A DNA stretch of 64,000 nt from Pseudomonadota bacterium (GCA_027624175.1 JAQBXT010000005.1:13429-77428); one strand, 5' to 3'. Counted from the first letter of the stretch, positions 1-21,394 are shown. The notes: generated by a model from the sequence alone, not told the origin. Program-made: numbers and translations.

Positions 1-1
1 G

Positions 2-721
2 AACATCCACAAGGGACTGTCGCAGTTCAATCGCCGCATGGTGATCCACGAGCTGCGCGAGGGCCTGCGCACGCTCGCGCCCGACCTGGTGTTTCTGCAG
101 GAGGTCCAGGGGCAGAACGAGCGCCATGCCGTGCGTTTCCCCGCCTGGCCGAACGCGCCGCAGCACGAGTTCCTGGCGCCCGCCGACTGGCAACACGCCT
201 ATGGCCGCAACCGCGTGCATCACCATGGCCACTACGGCAATGCCATTCTGTCGCGTTTCCGCATCCTGTCCTCGGAAAACGAGGATGTGTCGAACCACCG
301 CTTCGAGCGGCGCGGACTGCTGCATTGCGTGGTGGCGGTACCGGGATGGCGGCGCAACCTGCATTGCGTGTGCGTGCACCTGTCGCTGCACGAGCGCGGC
401 CGCCGCCGGCAGCTCGATGCCATTGGCGCGCGGCTCGAAGAGCTGGCGGGGCGCGATTTGCCGATCGTGGTGGCGGGCGACTTCAACGACTGGCGGCAAC
501 GCGCGACGCGCGTGCTGGAGGACAAGCTCGGCATGACCGAAGTCACTACGGCCTATGGCCGCCGGCCGGCACGCACCTTTCCAAGCCTGCTGCCTTTCCT
601 GCGCATGGACCGCATCTACGTGCGCGGCTTCACCGTGGTCGAGGCGCGCGTGCATCGCGGCCCGCCCTGGTCGCTGCTCTCGGACCACCTCGCGCTGGGC
701 GCGATGCTCAAGCCCGCGTAG
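2..721 (+). CDS. Endonuclease/exonuclease/phosphatase (EEP) family protein, YbhP-like; 5' end lies outside the window
   Basis: The frame is open from base 2 (NIHKGLSQFNRRMVIHELR...), matching the remembered E. coli YbhP N-region NIHKGFTAFNRRFILPELR. Motifs LQEV, GDFNDWR and SDH are present, and it sits directly upstream of a clsB-like gene as in E. coli. Confidence 0.8.
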   Translation, partial: NIHKGLSQFNRRMVIHELREGLRTLAPDLVFLQEVQGQNERHAVRFPAWPNAPQHEFLAPADWQHAYGRNRVHHHGHYGNAILSRFRILSSENEDVSNHRFERRGLLHCVVAVPGWRRNLHCVCVHLSLHERGRRRQLDAIGARLEELAGRDLPIVVAGDFNDWRQRATRVLEDKLGMTEVTTAYGRRPARTFPSLLPFLRMDRIYVRGFTVVEARVHRGPPWSLLSDHLALGAMLKPA

Positions 722-725
722 CGCG

Positions 726-1877
726 ATGCACTACGTCAACGGCAATCGGCTCACCCTGCTGCGAAACGGTGAGCAGTACTTCCCGGCCCTGGTCGCGGCA
801 ATCGACGCGGCGCGTGACGAAGTATTTCTCGAAACCTACATATTCGCCGACGACCAGACCGGGAGCCTGGTGGCCGACGCACTGGCGCGCGCGGCGGCGC
901 GCGGGGTGTCCGTGCATCTGCTCGTCGATGGATTTGGCACGCGCGGTTTCGCGCCGCGCTTTCGGCGCATGCTCACCGCCGCCGGCGCGCGGGTGCTGGT
1001 CTACCGACCCGACATCAGCCCCTGGACCTTGCGCCGCGACCGCCTGCGGCGCATGCACCGCAAACTCGCCAGTGTCGACGCCGGGGTGGCGTTTGTCGGC
1101 GGCATCAACATCATCGACGACTTCGACGCGCCGGGCAGCGCGCCGCCGCGATACGACTACGCAGTGCAGGTGGCGGGACCGCTATGCGCGGCGGTGCGGG
1201 ACGCAGCGGCGCGCCTTTGGGCCCAGGTGAACGCGCCGGCGCTGCTGGCGCCGCACCGGGATTTGGCTCGCACGCCGGAGCCTGACTTTGCGGACGGGCA
1301 GCGCGCCGCGCTGGTGCTGCGCGACAGCGTGCGCCACCGGCGTGACATCGAGCGCGCCTACCTCGAGATGATCCGGTCCGCGCGCGAAGAGATCCTGATC
1401 GCCAATGCCTACTTCTTCCCGGGGCGACGCTTTCGCAAGGCCTTGCTGTCTGCCGCACGCCGCGGCGTGCGGGTGGTGCTGTTGCTGCAGGGCCGCGTGG
1501 ATCACTTCTTGTTCCACTATGCGTCGCGTGCCATGTACGGGCCGCTGCTCGACGCAGGGATCGAGATCCAGGAGTATCGCCGCAGCTTCCTGCACGCCAA
1601 GGTGGCGGTGTTCGACTGCTGCCGGGCGAGCATTGGCTCGTCCAACATCGATCCGTTCAGCCTGTTGCTGGCGCGCGAGGCGAACGTGTTCGTCGATGAC
1701 GCGCGCTTTGCCGCCGAGCTGCGCGCAAGCCTGGAGGACGCCATGCGCACCGGCGCGAGCCCGCTGCCTCCCCTGGAGTGGAGGCGCCGGGCGTGGTGGC
1801 GCCGCGCGTGGAACTGGATCGCCTACGGCATTGCGCGGTTAATGATCGCCTTCGCCGGCTACGAGCGGTACCACTAG
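726..1877 (+). CDS. clsB: Cardiolipin synthase B-type phospholipase D family protein (383 aa)
   Basis: The ATG at 726 gives MHYVNGNRLTLLRNGEQYFPAL. Two HKD motifs are present (HRKLASVD and HAKVAVFD). The upstream part of track ORF 555..1877 is Arg/Cys-rich junk overlapping the previous gene. Confidence 0.85.
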   Translation: MHYVNGNRLTLLRNGEQYFPALVAAIDAARDEVFLETYIFADDQTGSLVADALARAAARGVSVHLLVDGFGTRGFAPRFRRMLTAAGARVLVYRPDISPWTLRRDRLRRMHRKLASVDAGVAFVGGINIIDDFDAPGSAPPRYDYAVQVAGPLCAAVRDAAARLWAQVNAPALLAPHRDLARTPEPDFADGQRAALVLRDSVRHRRDIERAYLEMIRSAREEILIANAYFFPGRRFRKALLSAARRGVRVVLLLQGRVDHFLFHYASRAMYGPLLDAGIEIQEYRRSFLHAKVAVFDCCRASIGSSNIDPFSLLLAREANVFVDDARFAAELRASLEDAMRTGASPLPPLEWRRRAWWRRAWNWIAYGIARLMIAFAGYERYH

Positions 1878-1887
1878 GCGAGCGCAG

Positions 1888-2631
1888 CTACGCGCATCGC
1901 AGCCGGCCGCCCTCCATCACCGGCACGATCCGAAAAGCGTCGAAGCGGCAGGCGAATTCGACTTCGTGCGCGAGCCCGCGCGCCGCCATCATCCGGCCCA
2001 CCCGGCAATCCAGCAGCACCTGCGGCGCCTGCGCCTGCCGGAAGAACGCCAGCGCGGTGCGCGCCGCATCGGAGAAATCCGCCTGCGCGCCCAGCACGCC
2101 GGCGAAGCGGTCCACCATGCAGCCCGCGCCGTAGAAGTCTTCGAGATTGAAATTTCCTCCCGATCCCGAGCACAGAATGAGAACGGTGTCGCGCGGGTGC
2201 TCGGACGCAATGTGCGAGACGATCGCCTGCGCGTTGAGCAGGGAGCCGCAATACACGCGCTTGGCGCCTGCGGCGAGCGTCATTGCCACGGTGCCGTTGG
2301 TGGTCGAATAAATGAGCGCTTTGTCTTTCACGCCGTGCTGCAGCAGCGCGACCGGCGCCGGATGCGCGAACCCAGGTAGCGTCTCCGCATAGAGCTCACC
2401 CGACAGTACGTAGCCGCCATCCGCGTGGCGCTCGCCCGCGGCCCGCGCCGCGGCCTCGTCGGCCACCGGCAAGACCTCGGTTGCGCCGTGCGCGAGCGCC
2501 GCCACCATCGTGGTGGTGGCAAACAGGATGTCGAGCACCACGATCACTTTGCCCGGGACGCGGATGCCGTCGAGCTCCTCCTTGCGGGTGAGGACGTGGA
2601 TCCGGTGGTTGAGCTCGATCTTCGCGCTCAT
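1888..2631 (-). CDS. 2-phosphosulfolactate phosphatase (ComB) family protein
   Basis: 247 aa with VVLDILFATTT and YSTTNGT motifs typical of the ComB family. Its start overlaps the upstream gene stop in an ATGA arrangement. Confidence 0.65.
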   Translation of the reverse strand: MSAKIELNHRIHVLTRKEELDGIRVPGKVIVVLDILFATTTMVAALAHGATEVLPVADEAAARAAGERHADGGYVLSGELYAETLPGFAHPAPVALLQHGVKDKALIYSTTNGTVAMTLAAGAKRVYCGSLLNAQAIVSHIASEHPRDTVLILCSGSGGNFNLEDFYGAGCMVDRFAGVLGAQADFSDAARTALAFFRQAQAPQVLLDCRVGRMMAARGLAHEVEFACRFDAFRIVPVMEGGRLRCA

Positions 2632-3077
2632 GGCGCAGGCCGCCTGCCGAACATGCCCCAGCCCTCCATCGACATCACCAACTCGCCCGCCTGGTTCAGC
2701 GCCTCGGTACGCGAGCGCAGCAGCCCGACTCCCGGCCTGCTCTGGGAGACGCGCGATTCGAGCACGGTACGGCGGTAGGTGATGACGTCGCCGGGCCGCA
2801 CCGGCTTCGGCCAGCGGATGTTGTCGAGACCCGGTGAGCCCAGGCTAACGGCGCGGTTGATGTACGAATCGCAGTTGAGCCGCATGCACACAGCGCAGGT
2901 GTGCCAGCCGCTGGCGATGAGGCCGCCAAAAAACGAACTCCGGGCGGCCACCGGGTCGATGTGGAAGGGTTGCGGGTCGAACTGCCGCGCGAAGTCGATG
3001 ATTTCGGCTTCGGTAAACACGTGTTTTCCCATCTCCACCGTCTCGCCGACCTTGAAGTCCTCCCAGTAGAGCGTCAT
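2628..3077 (-). CDS. MaoC-like (R)-hydratase / hotdog-fold dehydratase
   Basis: 149 aa; FTEAEIIDFARQFDPQPFHIDP...GGLIASGWHT is the MaoC dehydratase signature. Confidence 0.8.
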   Translation of the reverse strand: MTLYWEDFKVGETVEMGKHVFTEAEIIDFARQFDPQPFHIDPVAARSSFFGGLIASGWHTCAVCMRLNCDSYINRAVSLGSPGLDNIRWPKPVRPGDVITYRRTVLESRVSQSRPGVGLLRSRTEALNQAGELVMSMEGWGMFGRRPAP

Positions 3078-3239
3078 TGCGCAGGCGCCATTTTTTCGAA
3101 GTCCAGGACGCGCAGGCGGTGCGTGCAGGCAAAATCCTTGCGAGGCATCGGATCGGTCTCCAGGATAAAACGCGCCAATGTTAGCCCGGACGATTGGCGT
3201 GCGCGGCTAGAATAACGCAGCAGTTTTCACATCAGGACC

Positions 3240-4064
3240 ATGGAGCCGAACTCGAGAAATCCCGGCGGCGAGGACCAGTTCCTCGAGCAGATGGACCGCA
3301 AGCTCACAGGCTGGAGCGATCCGGAGGCTCGCCTGCGCCAGGCGCTCGATCGGGACGAACTGCAACTGTACTGCCAGCCCATCCTGTCCTTGCGCCCGCC
3401 GGGCGGTTTCGCCATGGCCGAGGTGCTCGTGCGGCTGCGCGAGGAGGAGGCGCGGCTGCTGCCGCCCGGGGATTTCCTCCCCGTATTCGAGCATTTCGGC
3501 ATGATGCCGGAGCTCGACCGCTGGGTCGTGGGCCATGTGGTGCGCTGGCTTGCGGGCGCGAGTTCCGGCGGGCTGCGCAACTTCAGCATCAATGTCTCGG
3601 TGCAGACCATCGGCGACCCGGAGTTCCCTGGCTTCGTCGCCGCGGAGTTGCGCACCATGCGAGTGCCGCCCGCGGCGCTGATTTTCGAAGTCGAGGAAGC
3701 CTCGGTGCTGGCCCGCGCCGAGTCTGCGGTTCAGTTCGCGGCTGCGGTGAAGAAAGAAGGTTGCAAGGTTGCGATCGACGGTTTTGGCCAGCGCTCGGTT
3801 TCGTTCGCGCCGTTGAAGACTCTGCGCGTGGATTTCGTCAAGGTGGATGGATCCATTGTGCGCAACCTGCTGCGCAGCAGCGTCGCCGATCAGAAGATGA
3901 AAGCCGTGGTGCGGGTCGGCGAGACCATCGGCATCGGCGTGATCGCGGAATGCGTCGAGGAACCGGACATTCTGGCCCGGCTCGGGGCGCTCAATGTCGG
4001 CTACGCGCAAGGTTTCGGCATCGCACGGCCGGCGCCCATCGCCCGGCGGCCCGCGGGGCAGTAA
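3240..4064 (+). CDS. Stand-alone EAL-domain protein (c-di-GMP phosphodiesterase family, partly degenerate motifs)
   Basis: Motifs present: QPI, EVLVRL (EAL box), SINVS, FEVEE, IDGFGQ (in place of DDFGTG), KVDGS, AECVE and QGF. Confidence 0.8.
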   Translation: MEPNSRNPGGEDQFLEQMDRKLTGWSDPEARLRQALDRDELQLYCQPILSLRPPGGFAMAEVLVRLREEEARLLPPGDFLPVFEHFGMMPELDRWVVGHVVRWLAGASSGGLRNFSINVSVQTIGDPEFPGFVAAELRTMRVPPAALIFEVEEASVLARAESAVQFAAAVKKEGCKVAIDGFGQRSVSFAPLKTLRVDFVKVDGSIVRNLLRSSVADQKMKAVVRVGETIGIGVIAECVEEPDILARLGALNVGYAQGFGIARPAPIARRPAGQ

Positions 4065-4128
4065 GGAAAGGACCGCGCGTGCGGAGGTCGGCGCCCGCTC
4101 TGGCTTCGATTCCGACCCGGCGAATTCC

Positions 4129-4157
4129 TTGCGCTGCCCCCGCTTACTCCTTATAAT
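4129..4157 (+). promoter_or_regulatory. Candidate sigma70 promoter of the rpsL operon
   Basis: TTGCGC (4129-4134), a 17-nt spacer, then a perfect TATAAT (4152-4157), about 78 nt upstream of the rpsL ATG. A perfect -10 is rare in this GC-rich context. Confidence 0.4.
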
Positions 4158-4234
4158 CCGGCCTCTTTTTTGCGCCTGGGCGGCTACGGTTCGCTGGACG
4201 TGGTCGCCCGGTTCATTTCTGGATTCGGAAAAAA

Positions 4235-4612
4235 ATGCCTACCGTCAATCAGTTGGTGCGTTTCGGGCGCTCGACCAAGAGGCCCAAGTCGAAGGTCCCG
4301 GCGCTGCGTCAGTCGCCGCAAAAACGCGGGGTCTGCACGCGCGTCTACACCACGACGCCCAAGAAGCCCAATTCGGCGCTGCGCAAGGTCGCCAAGGTGC
4401 GCCTCACCAACGGTTTTGAGGTGATCGGCTACATCGGCGGAGAAGGCCACAACCTGCAGGAGCACTCGGTCGTGCTGATCCGCGGCGGACGCGTGAAGGA
4501 TCTGCCAGGCGTGCGCTACCACATCGTGCGCGGCTCCCTGGATACCCAGGGCGTCAAGGACCGCAAGCAAAGCCGCTCCAAGTACGGCGCGAAGGCGCCC
4601 AAGTCGGCGTAA
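4235..4612 (+). CDS. rpsL: 30S ribosomal protein S12
   Basis: MPTVNQLVR...[11 protein letters not shown]...[13 protein letters not shown], the canonical S12 sequence. Confidence 0.98.
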   Translation: MPTVNQLVRFGRSTKRPKSKVPALRQSPQKRGVCTRVYTTTPKKPNSALRKVAKVRLTNGFEVIGYIGGEGHNLQEHSVVLIRGGRVKDLPGVRYHIVRGSLDTQGVKDRKQSRSKYGAKAPKSA

Positions 4613-4629
4613 CCGGAGAGAAGCCGCCC

Positions 4630-5100
4630 ATGCCGCGTCGCAGAGAAGTCCCCAAGCGCGAGATCCTGCCGGATCCGAAATTCAATCATCCGGACGTCGC
4701 GAAGTTCATCAACGTGCTGATGACCCGCGGCAAGAAGTCGGTCGCCGAGGGCATCGTGTACCGCGCATTCGACGTCATCAAGTCGAAGTCCGGGAAGGAT
4801 CCGGTCGAGGTGTTCTCGCAGGCAGTGCAGAACGTGAAGCCGGTGGTCGAAGTCAAGAGCCGGCGCGTTGGCGGCGCCAACTACCAGGTGCCCGTGGAAG
4901 TGCGCCCGGTGCGGCGCGTGGCGCTCGCCATGCGCTGGATCCGCGAAGCGGCGCAGAAGCGCGGCGAGAAGTCGATGACCGTGCGCCTGGCGGGCGAGCT
5001 GCAGGAGGCCGCCGAAGGCCGCGGCGGCGCGATGAAGAAGCGCGAGGAAGTGCACCGCATGGCGGACGCCAACAAGGCGTTCGCGCACTACAGGTTCTGA
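4630..5100 (+). CDS. rpsG: 30S ribosomal protein S7
   Basis: [18 protein letters not shown]...[11 protein letters not shown], the canonical S7 sequence. Confidence 0.98.
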   Translation: MPRRREVPKREILPDPKFNHPDVAKFINVLMTRGKKSVAEGIVYRAFDVIKSKSGKDPVEVFSQAVQNVKPVVEVKSRRVGGANYQVPVEVRPVRRVALAMRWIREAAQKRGEKSMTVRLAGELQEAAEGRGGAMKKREEVHRMADANKAFAHYRF

Positions 5101-5110
5101 CGGGATCCTG

Positions 5111-7216
<2,106 letters not shown>

Positions 7217-7240
7217 CCACCAGACCCGGGGATCAGCGTC

Positions 7241-8431
<1,191 letters not shown>

Positions 8432-8444
8432 AGACGAAGGCCAA

Positions 8445-8520
8445 AGGGGCATAGCTCAACTGGCAGAGCGTCGGTCTCCAAAACCGAAGGTTGGGGGTTC
8501 GATTCCCTCTGCCCCTGCCA
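8445..8520 (+). tRNA. tRNA-Trp (anticodon CCA), 3' CCA encoded
   Basis: Hand-folded cloverleaf: acceptor AGGGGCA/TGCCCCT, D stem GCTC/GAGC, anticodon stem TCGGT/ACCGA with loop CTCCAAA (CCA at 8478-8480), T arm GGGGG-TTCGATT-CCCTC, discriminator G plus CCA. Confidence 0.95.
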
Positions 8521-8531
8521 ACAGCGCGCAA

Positions 8532-8891
8532 ATGAACAGCACAGACATCGCCAAACTTGTAATCGCCGTCGCCCTGGTGGCGGGCGGCATCGCCGGCTTC
8601 TACTGGCTGGGAGAGCGCGCGCTGGTGCTGCGCATCCTCGCAGTGGCGGCAGGCATTGCGGCAGGCGCCGGCATGGCGGCAATGACCGCGCCAGGCCGCG
8701 AGTTCCTGGTGTTTGCGCAGGAGGCGGTGCTCGAGGTCAAGAAGGTGGTTTGGCCGTCGCGCAAGGACACCGTGCAGACCACCGCCGCGGTATTCGCGTT
8801 TGTGGTGGTGATGGCGCTGTTCCTCTGGATCAGCGACAAGACACTGGAATGGGTGCTCTACGACTTGGTGCTCGGATGGAAAAAAACATAA
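8532..8891 (+). CDS. secE: Preprotein translocase subunit SecE
   Basis: 119 aa hydrophobic protein with C-terminal [17 protein letters not shown]...W motif, in the conserved position between tRNA-Trp and nusG. Confidence 0.9.
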   Translation: MNSTDIAKLVIAVALVAGGIAGFYWLGERALVLRILAVAAGIAAGAGMAAMTAPGREFLVFAQEAVLEVKKVVWPSRKDTVQTTAAVFAFVVVMALFLWISDKTLEWVLYDLVLGWKKT

Positions 8892-9436
8892 AACTGGCTG
8901 AAGCGGGCAAGCGCTGGTACGTGGTGCACGCGTATTCCGGCTTCGAGAAATCGGTGCAGCGCGCGCTGGAGGACCGTATCTCGCGCGCCAGCATGCAGGA
9001 CAGATTCGGCAAGATTCTGGTGCCAGTGGAGGAAGTGGTGGAGATGAAGGGCGGCCAGAAGCACATCTCGGAGCGCAAGTTCTTCCCCGGCTACGTGCTG
9101 GTGGAAATGGAAATGAACGACGATACCTGGCACCTGGTGAAGAACACCAACAAGGTCACCGGATTCGTCGGCGGCTCGGCGATGCGGCCCACGCCGATCT
9201 CCGAGAAGGAGGTCAACGCCATCATGCAGCAGATGCGCGAGGGTGTGGAAAAGCCCAAGCCCAGGGTGCTGTTCGAGAACGGCGAGATGGTGCGCGTGAA
9301 GGATGGCCCGTTCACCGACTTCCAGGGCACCGTGGAGGACGTGAACTACGAGAAAAGCCGGCTGCGCATCGCAGTCACGATTTTTGGGCGCTCGACTCCG
9401 GTCGAGTTGGAGTTCGGTCAGGTCGAGAAGGCCTGA
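8876..9436 (+). CDS. nusG: Transcription termination/antitermination factor NusG
   Basis: The ATG at 8876 gives [27 protein letters not shown]... with a C-terminal KOW region ([15 protein letters not shown]). It overlaps the secE end by 16 nt. The track ORF start at 8750 is a spurious extension. Confidence 0.93.
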   Translation: MEKNIKLAEAGKRWYVVHAYSGFEKSVQRALEDRISRASMQDRFGKILVPVEEVVEMKGGQKHISERKFFPGYVLVEMEMNDDTWHLVKNTNKVTGFVGGSAMRPTPISEKEVNAIMQQMREGVEKPKPRVLFENGEMVRVKDGPFTDFQGTVEDVNYEKSRLRIAVTIFGRSTPVELEFGQVEKA

Positions 9437-9493
9437 GCGTTTTAGACGGGGAGGGCGCTTCGGCGTCCGCATGCACCCGACAGGAGAGTCGTC

Positions 9494-9925
9494 ATGGCAA
9501 AGAAAGTCGTCGGCTTCATCAAGCTTCAGGTACCGGCGGGAAAGGCGAACCCCTCGCCGCCCATCGGACCCGCGCTCGGCCAGCGCGGCCTCAACATCAT
9601 GGAATTCTGCAAGGCGTTCAATGCCCAAACGCAGAAGGTGGAGCCCGGCCTGCCTCTGCCCGTGGTCATTACCGCGTACGTGGACAAGAGCTTCAGTTTC
9701 ATCATCAAGACGCCGCCCGTCACGGTGCTGATCAAAAAAGCCGCGGGAATCGAGTCCGGCAGCCCGCGCCCGCACACCGACAAGGTTGGCAAGATCACGC
9801 GCAAGCAGGTCGAGGAAATCGCCAAGGCGAAGACGCCGGACCTGACTGCCGCCGACCTGGACGCTGCGATGCGCACGGTCGCCGGCAGCGCGCGTTCGAT
9901 GGGCGTCCTGGTGGAGGGCATGTAA
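9494..9925 (+). CDS. rplK: 50S ribosomal protein L11
   Basis: [32 protein letters not shown], the canonical L11 sequence. Confidence 0.98.
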   Translation: MAKKVVGFIKLQVPAGKANPSPPIGPALGQRGLNIMEFCKAFNAQTQKVEPGLPLPVVITAYVDKSFSFIIKTPPVTVLIKKAAGIESGSPRPHTDKVGKITRKQVEEIAKAKTPDLTAADLDAAMRTVAGSARSMGVLVEGM

Positions 9926-10624
9926 ATGGCGCACGTTTCCAAGCGCAGGAAAGCGATGGGCGGCAAGGTTGACCATGCCAAGCCCTACTCCGTCATGGAT
10001 GCAATGAAGCTGATCAAGGAAACCGCCACCGCCAAGTTCGACGAGGCAGTGGATGTCGCGGTCAACCTCGGCATCGATGCCTCGAAGTCGGACCAGACCG
10101 TGCGCGGCGCGGTGGTGCTTCCGGCCGGTACCGGGAAAAAGGTGCGTGTCGCGGTATTCGCGTCGGGCGACAAGGCCCAGGCGGCGAAAGCCGCGGGCGC
10201 GGAGATCGTCGGTATGGAGGACCTCGCGGAGCTGGTGAAAGCCGGCAAGCTCGACTTCGACATTGTGATCGCTGAACCCGCAGCGATGCGCGTGGTCGGC
10301 GGGCTCGGCCAGATCCTTGGCCCGCGCGGCCTGATGCCGAATCCGAAAGTCGGCACGGTGACGCCGGACGTCGCGACGGCGGTGAAGAATGCGAAGGCCG
10401 GCCAGGTCCAGTTCCGCGCCGACAAAACGGGCATCGTGCAGTGCACGATCGGCCGCGCGTCGTTCACGCCGGAACAGTTGCGCGACAACCTTGCGGCGCT
10501 GGTGGATGCACTGAACAAGTCCAAGCCGCAGCATACGAAGGGGATCTTCCTGAGGAAGCTCTCGGTATCGAGCACGATGGGAGTCGGGGTCAAGGTAGAC
10601 CCCGCCTCGCTGCAGGCGCAGTAG
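9926..10624 (+). CDS. rplA: 50S ribosomal protein L1
   Basis: 232 aa; [34 protein letters not shown]. Its ATG follows the rplK TAA immediately. Confidence 0.97.
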   Translation: MAHVSKRRKAMGGKVDHAKPYSVMDAMKLIKETATAKFDEAVDVAVNLGIDASKSDQTVRGAVVLPAGTGKKVRVAVFASGDKAQAAKAAGAEIVGMEDLAELVKAGKLDFDIVIAEPAAMRVVGGLGQILGPRGLMPNPKVGTVTPDVATAVKNAKAGQVQFRADKTGIVQCTIGRASFTPEQLRDNLAALVDALNKSKPQHTKGIFLRKLSVSSTMGVGVKVDPASLQAQ

Positions 10625-10825
10625 GCAGTGTAGGGACTTTGGGCTGCCGCTCTGACGAGCGGCTGCTGTCAAAGACCGCAGGGGCCGGAAGTTCCGGCTT
10701 AAAGGAGCAGCACCCTGCGCAGACGGCGCACCCGAAGCAGGAATGCCATGTGGTTCCTGATTCAAGGTCGCCAGGGTGGATCGCCGCAAACGGCGCTCCG
10801 TTTGACTAACGTAAGGAGGTAGACC
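10625..10825 (+). promoter_or_regulatory. rplJ (L10) leader region with several stem-loops
   Basis: A 201-nt untranslated spacer in the position of the autoregulatory L10 leader. Hairpins: GCCGCTC-tgac-GAGCGGC, GCCGGAAgTTCCGGC and CAAACGG-cgct-CCGTTTG, followed by AAGGAGG-N7-TTG. No covariance model was run. Confidence 0.5.
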
Positions 10826-11353
10826 TTGAGTCTCAGTCTGGAGCAGAAGCAAGCGGTTGTTGCCGAGATTGCCGCACAGCTGGCGCAGGCCCAAGCGGTG
10901 ATCGTCGCGGAAAATCGCGGCCTCACTGTCGAGGCGGTCACCAGCCTGCGCGCGAAAGCGCGCAAGTCCGGGCTCTACCTGCGCGTGCTGAAGAACTCGC
11001 TCGCGCGGCAGGCCGTCAAGGGCACGCCGTTCGAGATGCTGACCGACCAATTGGCTGGTCCGCTGATGTACGGCATGGCGCAGGACCCGGTGGCCGTCGC
11101 CAAGGTGCTGTCGGAGTTTGCCAAGGACAATGAGCGGTTTGTCATCAAAGCGGGCGCGATGCCCAACGCCATGTTGTCCTCAAAGGACGTCAAGGCGCTG
11201 GCGACGATGCCCAGCCGCGACGAACTGCTGGCAAAGCTCCTCGGCACCATGCAGGCGCCGATCGCGAAGCTGGCGCGCACCATGAACGAGGTCCCGGGCA
11301 AGTTCGTCCGGACGCTCGCCGCGGTGCTGGCCGCCAGGGAAAAAGCTGCTTAA
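10826..11353 (+). CDS. rplJ: 50S ribosomal protein L10
   Basis: TTG start 7 nt after AAGGAGG; [19 protein letters not shown]..., 175 aa. Confidence 0.93.
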   Translation: MSLSLEQKQAVVAEIAAQLAQAQAVIVAENRGLTVEAVTSLRAKARKSGLYLRVLKNSLARQAVKGTPFEMLTDQLAGPLMYGMAQDPVAVAKVLSEFAKDNERFVIKAGAMPNAMLSSKDVKALATMPSRDELLAKLLGTMQAPIAKLARTMNEVPGKFVRTLAAVLAAREKAA

Positions 11354-11378
11354 TCAGGAACCCATTCAGGAGAACACC

Positions 11379-11747
11379 ATGGAACGTGCACAGATTCTGG
11401 AAGCTGTATCGAAATTGACGGTCCTCGAGCTTTCGCAGCTCATCAAGGACATGGAAGAGAAGTTCGGCGTGTCGGCCGCGGCTGCCGTAGCGGTTGCCGG
11501 CCCGGCGGCCGCAGCGGCGGCGCCCGTCGAGGAGCAGACCGAGTTCACCGTGATGCTGAACGCCTGCGGCGAGAACAAAGTCAACGTGATTAAGGCGGTG
11601 CGCGAGGTCACGAGCCTGGGCCTGAAGGAGGCCAAGGATCTCGTCGACGGTGCGCCCAAGGCGGTGAAGGAGGGCGTCTCGAAAGCGGATGCGGACGCGG
11701 TGCTGAAGAAATTGATCGACGCCGGCGCGAAGGCGGAAATCAAGTAA
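11379..11747 (+). CDS. rplL: 50S ribosomal protein L7/L12
   Basis: Ala/Pro hinge [20 protein letters not shown] and C-terminal [13 protein letters not shown]...EAGAKAEIK. Confidence 0.98.
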   Translation: MERAQILEAVSKLTVLELSQLIKDMEEKFGVSAAAAVAVAGPAAAAAAPVEEQTEFTVMLNACGENKVNVIKAVREVTSLGLKEAKDLVDGAPKAVKEGVSKADADAVLKKLIDAGAKAEIK

Positions 11748-11859
11748 GGAACTTCGGAATCCCGGGGCGGTCAGAATGGCCCCCCGCGGATTCCGGACAA
11801 ACAAAGGGCCTTGATTTAACAGGGTCTTTTGTCTGTCCCGCAGCGTTCTTGGAGCCTTC

Positions 11860-20348
<8,489 letters not shown>

Positions 20349-20370
20349 ACGCGGTAGAAGCGCTACGGGG

Positions 20371-20398
20371 AAAGGCCGCCGCAAGGCGGCCTTTTTTT
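20371..20398. terminator. Bidirectional rho-independent terminator after rpoC
   Basis: AAA-GGCCGCC-gcaa-GGCGGCC-TTTTTTT: a perfect 7-bp GC stem with a GNRA-like loop, a T7 tract on the plus strand and an A3 tract on the other side. It lies between convergent rpoC and the cyclase-FHA gene, whose stop overlaps the T tract. Confidence 0.85.
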
Positions 20399-21311
20399 AG
20401 ACCCGGTACAGTGCCCGTTGGGCGCGTCGGAAAACGATCGGCAGCGCCTGCGGGTCGGCAAGCGGGCGCCCGAGGCTGATACACCCGCTGCCATGCAGCA
20501 CCGTTTCGCCGCGCAGCACGCGCACCTCGCCGGGCGCGCCGTCGAAGGCGACATAGGTGCCGTTGGCACTGCGGTCGGTCAATTTGAAGCGCATCGTGTC
20601 CACGTCAACCGCGGCGTGGGTGCGTGAAACGAAGTCGTCCACGACGACGATGCCGTTGGTCGCGTCGCGGCCGAAAGCGAGGTGCGGGCGGAAGGCGTTG
20701 AGCCGGTGCATCGCACCCCCGAAATGGAACTGCAGCGCGCCCTCGTCCGCCGGCAGCGTGCGCACGCCCGTCGGATTCACGTTGGTGATCCCTGCGCGGT
20801 CCGTTTGCCACTGGATCTCGTGCACCTGCGACTCGCGGTCGTCGCCCTTGAGGCGCGCCGAGTAGGCGGCGCGTGCGAAGGCCTGAACCAGCGGCGAAAG
20901 GCGATCCACAGTCGCCTGCGTAGCGAGGATCTGGTTGACGCGCGCGATCGCGGCGAGGTAAGCGGCGACGTTGACGATGGTGCCGAACATGTCGTCGCCC
21001 TCCACGATCACCGAGCCGAAGCTGATGCCGGAATGGATGCGCAGGGGCTGGCTGGGAGGGCGGATGGCGGCGATCTGCCCGTGCAGATCGCTCATCGCCA
21101 GAACAGCGGTGTCTGCGTCGGGGAACGCGCACATGACTCCGTCGCCCAGGGTCTTCACTAGGCGCCCGCTGTGCCGCGGCAGCACGGTGGCGACCCTGGC
21201 GTAGAAACCCTGTGTCAGGTCGCGCGCGTTCTCGTCACCCAGCTCCCGGAACAGCCGCGTGCTGTTCGAGAGATCGACGAAGGCAATGGCATGATCGCGC
21301 GTTACTCGCAC
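20397..21311 (-). CDS. Class III adenylate/guanylate cyclase-homology domain fused to a C-terminal FHA domain
   Basis: N-terminal half: FVDLSNST, KTLGDGVMCAF and GISFGSVIVEGDDMFGTIVNVAAYL (cyclase homology). C-terminal half: FGRDATNGIVVVDDFVSRTHAAV...TDRSANGTYV (FHA GR...SxxH...NG). Confidence 0.8.
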   Translation of the reverse strand: MRVTRDHAIAFVDLSNSTRLFRELGDENARDLTQGFYARVATVLPRHSGRLVKTLGDGVMCAFPDADTAVLAMSDLHGQIAAIRPPSQPLRIHSGISFGSVIVEGDDMFGTIVNVAAYLAAIARVNQILATQATVDRLSPLVQAFARAAYSARLKGDDRESQVHEIQWQTDRAGITNVNPTGVRTLPADEGALQFHFGGAMHRLNAFRPHLAFGRDATNGIVVVDDFVSRTHAAVDVDTMRFKLTDRSANGTYVAFDGAPGEVRVLRGETVLHGSGCISLGRPLADPQALPIVFRRAQRALYRV

Positions 21312-21394
21312 TTAGCGCTCGGGCAGCGTCAAGAGGAAATCATACAGGGGCGCCCGGCCCAGCCATGTGAACTGTTGCGCATATAATTGCCCCC

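Noticed and set aside
4087-4116. tRNA-like TTCGATTCC string (ggcTTCGATTCCgac) upstream of the rpsL promoter, a possible tRNA remnant or att site.
   Set aside because: The flanking bases do not form a 5-bp T stem, and no acceptor or anticodon arms can be folded. Only a 5-bp GTCGG/CCGAC pairing with a 20-nt loop is present. It is probably chance.
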